Source of the DNA: Vulcanimicrobiota bacterium
Lineage (GTDB): Bacteria > Vulcanimicrobiota > Vulcanimicrobiia > Vulcanimicrobiales > Vulcanimicrobiaceae
Length of the DNA: 18,967 nucleotides
Reading direction: 5' to 3'
NCBI GenBank assembly: GCA_003133025.1
Contig: PKZK01000056.1
Coordinates: 14,428 to 33,394 of the forward strand
Positions 14,894 through 18,967 of the stretch are shown in pieces; the stretch's first letter is position 1; each line of letters begins with the position of its first letter. Under the pieces are notes generated by a model that was not told where the DNA came from, did no database searches, and was given only the letters and a program-made list of their open reading frames with translations. The position numbers and the translations under genes were made by a program.

Positions 14894-16239
14894 CCGATGT
14901 CCCCGGGCTCGGCGATGGTGCGCGCAGTCCCCGCACCCGCGGGCACGTCGCCGTTTTCGACGATCTGCTCCATGCGCTCGAAGGCGGCCCAGACGAACGG
15001 GAGAATCGGCCGCAAGCCATAGCCGAAGGTCGCGTATCCGTCGACGTGCGTGCCGTTCTCGACGAGATACTGCCAATAGCGGTCGCTGCGTCCGGCGGCG
15101 CGGACCGCATCGAGGTATCCGGTCGCGTTCCGCGCGGGCGTGACGAAGACGTCCGCGCTTCCCGCCACGCCGATCAGCGGACGTTCCAGCGAACCCGTAT
15201 GCGCGAAGCCGGCGATATTTGCGCGCGCCGCGGCCGACGGGACGTACGCGGCGCGCACTTCGGGCAGCGCAAAGCCGCTTGCGCCGGGCTCGCCTCCGCC
15301 CGCGCCGGAGACCGGATCGGTCAGATTGGGAGGATTACCCGCCTGCGAGTGGAGCTCCGGATCGAGCAAGCTGCCGAACACGAACGTGGTCAGATCGGCA
15401 TAGAACGGCGCTACGTTGGCATAGTGATCGTTCCACAACGACGGATGCGCGGGGTCGTCTTGCAAGCGATCCGGCGGAAAGCCGGCGGCGTGAATCGCCT
15501 CGCGCGCGGACTCATCCGTGAAGCCGCTGCGCACGTACGCGGGCATGGCGCGCAAGAAGGCCGGCAGATAGTCGAGGATGCTCGATTGCGGCGACCAGAA
15601 GGGCGAGGCCCACTCGACCCCGCCGTCGGCCAATTCCGGGTGGCGTTCCAGCAGCCAGCGCACCTGGCCGCCGCCCATCGACAAGCCCAGCGCATACGTG
15701 CGTCGCGGCTGCCGCCCGGTTACGGCGCGCACGTGGGCCCGGGCGGCGCGGGTCAGGCGAGCCATGTCCTCGTGCCACTCTCCGATGGGAACGCGGCGCG
15801 GATAGAGCGCACCGCCGCGCACGACCGTACCGGCCTCGCGTAGCCCGTAGAGGTCGAACGGCACGGGATAAACGACCGATGGGTCCGGCGTCTCCGATGC
15901 CGGCTCGAAGACGCCGTTGTAGGGCACGCCCTTGTTGCTCGACGCGAAAGCGTAGCCTCGGGCCAGGAGCCAATCGCCCAAATTCAGGTCGTTGGCGAAC
16001 TCACTGCGCGTCGCGGGCGTGCCGCAGACCGTCAGCTTGCCGTTCCACGCATCGGGCACGCGCACGACGAATCGGCTGCCCTCCCCGAACGAATCCAAAA
16101 TCTGGACGCCCGGGATCGGCTCGAGCGCCGGCGAGGTCATGCCCGGGGAGAAGAGTTGGACGGCGTCACCCGCCGGCTCGTAGCCGGGCCCGGGTTCGGG
16201 CAGGGGCACCTGTCCGAAGCGCAGGTCGGGGTAGCGCAC
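14890..16239 (-). CDS. Alpha/beta hydrolase (tannase/feruloyl esterase or 3-hydroxybutyrate-oligomer hydrolase-like), cytoplasmic
   Basis: RFVVRVPDAWNGKL, GYAFASSNKG, nucleophile elbow YALGLSMGG, VAGSADVFV (Asp), ENGTHVD (His); no signal peptide. Confidence 0.75.
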   Translation of the reverse strand: MRYPDLRFGQVPLPEPGPGYEPAGDAVQLFSPGMTSPALEPIPGVQILDSFGEGSRFVVRVPDAWNGKLTVCGTPATRSEFANDLNLGDWLLARGYAFASSNKGVPYNGVFEPASETPDPSVVYPVPFDLYGLREAGTVVRGGALYPRRVPIGEWHEDMARLTRAARAHVRAVTGRQPRRTYALGLSMGGGQVRWLLERHPELADGGVEWASPFWSPQSSILDYLPAFLRAMPAYVRSGFTDESAREAIHAAGFPPDRLQDDPAHPSLWNDHYANVAPFYADLTTFVFGSLLDPELHSQAGNPPNLTDPVSGAGGGEPGASGFALPEVRAAYVPSAAARANIAGFAHTGSLERPLIGVAGSADVFVTPARNATGYLDAVRAAGRSDRYWQYLVENGTHVDGYATFGYGLRPILPFVWAAFERMEQIVENGDVPAGAGTARTIAEPGDIG

Positions 16240-16274
16240 CCCGGCTTTTATGGTGCGACCGCGGCCCGGAGTCT

Positions 16275-16303
16275 TTGCACGAAGCGGGCCTCCGTGGTAT
16301 ACT
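16275..16303 (+). promoter_or_regulatory. Sigma70/SigA-type promoter of rpsT
   Basis: TTGCAC (16275-80), 17-nt spacer, TATACT (16298-303) with an extended -10 TG. Confidence 0.75.
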
Positions 16304-16356
16304 GCCCGGCGTGCCCGAGCGGGCGCGTTTTCGTCATTTGCCCTCGGGGAGCCTCA

Positions 16357-16605
16357 TTGCCCAACATAAAAGCCGCCATCAAGTGGGTCCGCCAGTCCGA
16401 CAAGCGTACGTTGCGCAACCGCGACGTGAAGACTCGTCTCAAGACCCTGTTCAAGAAGGCCAAGGCCTCGGGCCAGGCCGCCGTCGTCTCGTCGGTCGAG
16501 AGCCAGTTCGACAAGGCCGCCCAGAAGGGCATCATCCATCCGAACAAGGCCGCCCGTAAGAAATCGCGCCTGGCCAAGGCCGCTCGGGCCAAGCAAACCG
16601 CCTAA
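16357..16605 (+). CDS. rpsT: 30S ribosomal protein S20
   Basis: TTG start after GGGGAG: MPNIKAAIKWVRQSDKRTLRN..DKAAQKGIIHPNKAARKKSRL. Confidence 0.96.
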   Translation: MPNIKAAIKWVRQSDKRTLRNRDVKTRLKTLFKKAKASGQAAVVSSVESQFDKAAQKGIIHPNKAARKKSRLAKAARAKQTA

Positions 16606-16616
16606 GAGCACCCGGC

Positions 16617-18401
16617 TCACCCGCGAACGTACGTCCCGGGGGCCGGTGCCAGCGCCGCGAATCGCTTGGAACCCGGAGTTGCGGGCGCGGGAACGCGCTC
16701 GCCCGAGCGTTCGGCGAGCCACGCCTGCCAGTCGCTCCACCACGATCCCGGATGCTTGCTCGCAAGTGCGAACCATTCGTCCGCGGTCGGCGGGTTCGAC
16801 GGCGCGCTCCAGTAGTTGCCCTTGTTCGCTCCGGGCGGATTGACGATGCCCGCGATGTGGCCGGAGTGGCCGAGGCGGAACCGCGTGTCGCCCGAGAAGC
16901 GCTGGGTCATCGTGTACACCGAACGCCACGGCGCGATGTGGTCGTCGATCGAGGCCACCGAGTAGACGTCGTTACGCACCTCGCGCAGATCGATCGGCAC
17001 GCCCTTGAAGCTGAGCTTGTCGGGCTTGACCAGATTGTTCTCGAGGTACATGTTGCGCAGGTAATAACGATGCATCTTCGCGGGCAGCCGGGTGGCGTCG
17101 CTATTCCAAAAGAGCAGATCGAAAGCCGGCGCATCCTTGCCCAGCAGATAGCGATTGACGCCGACGTTCCAGATCAGGTCGTTGGCGCGCAGCAGGTTGA
17201 ACGTGTCGGCCATCTCCGACGAATCGAGCACGCCCTTCTTCTTCATGTCGGCCTCGATCGTGCGCATCGCTTCGGGACTCAAGAAGGCACGAATGTCGCC
17301 TGCATCGGCAAAGTCGGTCAGGGCGGCGAGGAAGGTCACGGCGTTGACCAGCGTTTCGCCGGTGCGCGATAGGTAGGCCAGCATCTCGGCCGTGGCCGTT
17401 CCGCCGATGCAGTAGCCGATCATGTTCACGTCCGGCACGTCGGCGATCGACGATGCCACGCGCGTCGCGCTGAGCGGGCCCAGCTCGACGTAGTCTTTCC
17501 AGCCCATGTTCGCCAGCGACTTGTCCGGATTGCGCCAGGAGACGACGAACGTGCGGATGCCGGAATCGACGGCAAACTTGATCAGGCTGTTCGCCGGCTG
17601 CAGGTCGAGGATGTAATACTTGTTGATCCACGGCGGCACGATGACCAGCGGACGCGCGTAGACCGTCTCGGTCGTGGGCGCGTACTCGATCAGTTCGATC
17701 AGCTCGTTACGATAGACGACGGTGCCGGGAGTGGTCGCGACGTTGCGACCGACCTCGAAGGCCTTCTTATCGACCAGTGCCGGGCGGCCGGCGTTGTCGC
17801 GCAGATCTTCGAGCACGTTCTGCGCGCCGCGCTGGAGATTTTGGCCGCCCGTCTTGAGCGTTTCCTCGATCACCGCCGGATTGAGAAAGGCGAAATTCGT
17901 CGGGCTGAGCGCATCGCAAAATTGCTTGGCGAAGAATTTGACGCGTGCTTTCGTCTCGGCGTCGGCCTCCGAGGCATCGATGCCGTCGAGCATCGCTTTG
18001 GTGGCCAACAGATAGCCCTGCTTGAGCGCGTCGAAATACGGGTTGTCGGTCCAGGCCGCATGCTTCCAGCGGTTATCGCCTTTTGCGGGAGCGATGATCG
18101 GCGGCTTCTTCTCACCGGCCGGCAGGCCCGTCTGCGCGGCGACGCCGAGCCACGCGTTGGCGAACTGCATCTGCGTCGCCAGCAACGACTGCGGATTCGT
18201 CAGCAGCGATTGCCAAACCGCGAGCGAGGCCTTGCCGATGCCGAGCGGATCGAGCGGATTCGGGGGCACGTCGGCCGCGGTTTCGGGCGGCGCGAACTCC
18301 TTGGCGAGCGCGGCGGGATCAAAAGCCTCTTCGTGGGCGCCGTTGGGAGAAGCGTGCGGGCGATCGTCGGCAATCATGGCATAGATGGGTTTTGCCTTCA
18401 C
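16617..18401 (-). CDS. phaC: Class I poly(R)-hydroxyalkanoate synthase
   Basis: ALSPTNF..NP, FEVGRNVATTPG, VPPWINKYYILDL, VSWRNP, lipase box GYCIGG (Cys), FNLLRANDLIW, DDHIAPW (Asp), SGHIAGIVNPP (His), GSWW. Start is GTG 18401 or ATG 18377. Confidence 0.95.
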   Translation of the reverse strand: MKAKPIYAMIADDRPHASPNGAHEEAFDPAALAKEFAPPETAADVPPNPLDPLGIGKASLAVWQSLLTNPQSLLATQMQFANAWLGVAAQTGLPAGEKKPPIIAPAKGDNRWKHAAWTDNPYFDALKQGYLLATKAMLDGIDASEADAETKARVKFFAKQFCDALSPTNFAFLNPAVIEETLKTGGQNLQRGAQNVLEDLRDNAGRPALVDKKAFEVGRNVATTPGTVVYRNELIELIEYAPTTETVYARPLVIVPPWINKYYILDLQPANSLIKFAVDSGIRTFVVSWRNPDKSLANMGWKDYVELGPLSATRVASSIADVPDVNMIGYCIGGTATAEMLAYLSRTGETLVNAVTFLAALTDFADAGDIRAFLSPEAMRTIEADMKKKGVLDSSEMADTFNLLRANDLIWNVGVNRYLLGKDAPAFDLLFWNSDATRLPAKMHRYYLRNMYLENNLVKPDKLSFKGVPIDLREVRNDVYSVASIDDHIAPWRSVYTMTQRFSGDTRFRLGHSGHIAGIVNPPGANKGNYWSAPSNPPTADEWFALASKHPGSWWSDWQAWLAERSGERVPAPATPGSKRFAALAPAPGTYVRG

Positions 18402-18462
18402 GAAAGGCGTGACCTCTGCTCGCCCCGCAGGCTACGTGCTTACCGGCGTTGCAAGCCCAAGC

Positions 18463-18828
18463 ATGGCCCAGCACCATCACGCGCATCCGAGCGAAGTGCC
18501 CAGCGGACAGCGAGCCGCTGCGGCGCTCACGCACTTGGGCGGCATGCTCTTCCTCTTCATCCCCTCCGCCTTCGTGTGGTTTCAAACGCGCCGCGATCCC
18601 AAGGATTCGTGGCTGGCGCATCAAGCCAAAGAGGCGCTGAACTTCCAACTCACGGTGACGGCTCTCATCTGCGTCTGTGCGATGCTGAGCTGGACGCTGT
18701 CGCCGATCGGGGTGCGGATGGTGCCCCTGGTCATCGGATTCAATTGGCTATTCTCGATCATCGCCGTGTTTCGCTCGTTCCGCGGCGACAAGCACGACTA
18801 TCCCTTCAAGTTCAGCTTCATCCGATAA
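18463..18828 (+). CDS. DUF4870 (Tic20-like) small membrane protein
   Basis: AALTHL..FIPSAFVW..HQAKEALNFQLT..IIA..G..YPF pattern with three hydrophobic segments. Confidence 0.8.
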   Translation: MAQHHHAHPSEVPSGQRAAAALTHLGGMLFLFIPSAFVWFQTRRDPKDSWLAHQAKEALNFQLTVTALICVCAMLSWTLSPIGVRMVPLVIGFNWLFSIIAVFRSFRGDKHDYPFKFSFIR

Positions 18829-18833
18829 CGAGA

Positions 18834-18967
18834 ATGGGCGATAACGAAGCCGCGATCGGCGAAACGCGCTTCGAACGCGGGCAGCGGATCCTTTCGCAGC
18901 AGCCGTTCAGCGTGCTGCTCGGCACCGAACTGGTGCGGGCCGACGAACACGGCGTCGAACTGCGCAT
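18834..18967 (+). CDS. Probable PaaI-family (hotdog) thioesterase, 5' part only
   Basis: MGDNEAAIGETRFERGQRILSQQPFSVLLGTELVRADEHGVELR runs off the edge. QPFSxLLG..VEL is typical of PaaI N-termini, but the HGG motif is not reached. Confidence 0.6.
   Translation, partial: MGDNEAAIGETRFERGQRILSQQPFSVLLGTELVRADEHGVELR

Noticed and set aside
13931..15076. 561-aa minus-strand ORF overlapping rsgA
   Set aside because: The upstream part is antisense to rsgA; the real gene starts at GTG 13930 after AGGAG.
1..18967. CRISPR arrays, IS elements, prophage or defence genes; many long antisense ORFs
   Set aside because: No repeat-spacer periodicity, transposase, integrase or phage motifs were seen. Long alternative ORFs are expected in high-GC coding DNA.

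Overview
GC-rich bacterial chromosomal window of mostly housekeeping and signalling genes. Gene content and protein style suggest a Terrabacteria lineage such as Eremiobacterota/Vulcanimicrobiota (inference only). Left to right: (1) a secreted phospholipase C/AcpA-family phosphoesterase, missed by the ORF track and running off the left edge, with several catalytic residues apparently substituted; (2) glcD/glcF-type FAD and Fe-S oxidoreductase genes; (3) a tRNA-Gln(UUG)-SnoaL/NTF2-STAS unit; (4) a DUF4142 C-terminal remnant; (5) an internally deleted UDP-glucuronate-decarboxylase-like SDR lacking YxxxK; (6) a CHASE3-PP2C/STAS/RsbW partner-switching operon; (7) a PHI-1/EXORDIUM-like lipoprotein; (8) an NlpC/P60 hydrolase under a c-di-AMP (ydaO) riboswitch, directly downstream of a hypothetical-cdaA-cdaR-glmM operon; (9) rsgA, an alpha/beta hydrolase, rpsT, class I phaC, a DUF4870 protein and a partial PaaI thioesterase. 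No mobile element or CRISPR array was seen. The best leads are the compact c-di-AMP synthesis-and-sensing locus with an unknown leading gene, and two apparently catalytically dead enzymes with intact reading frames. All family assignments come from motif recognition by eye, not database searches.
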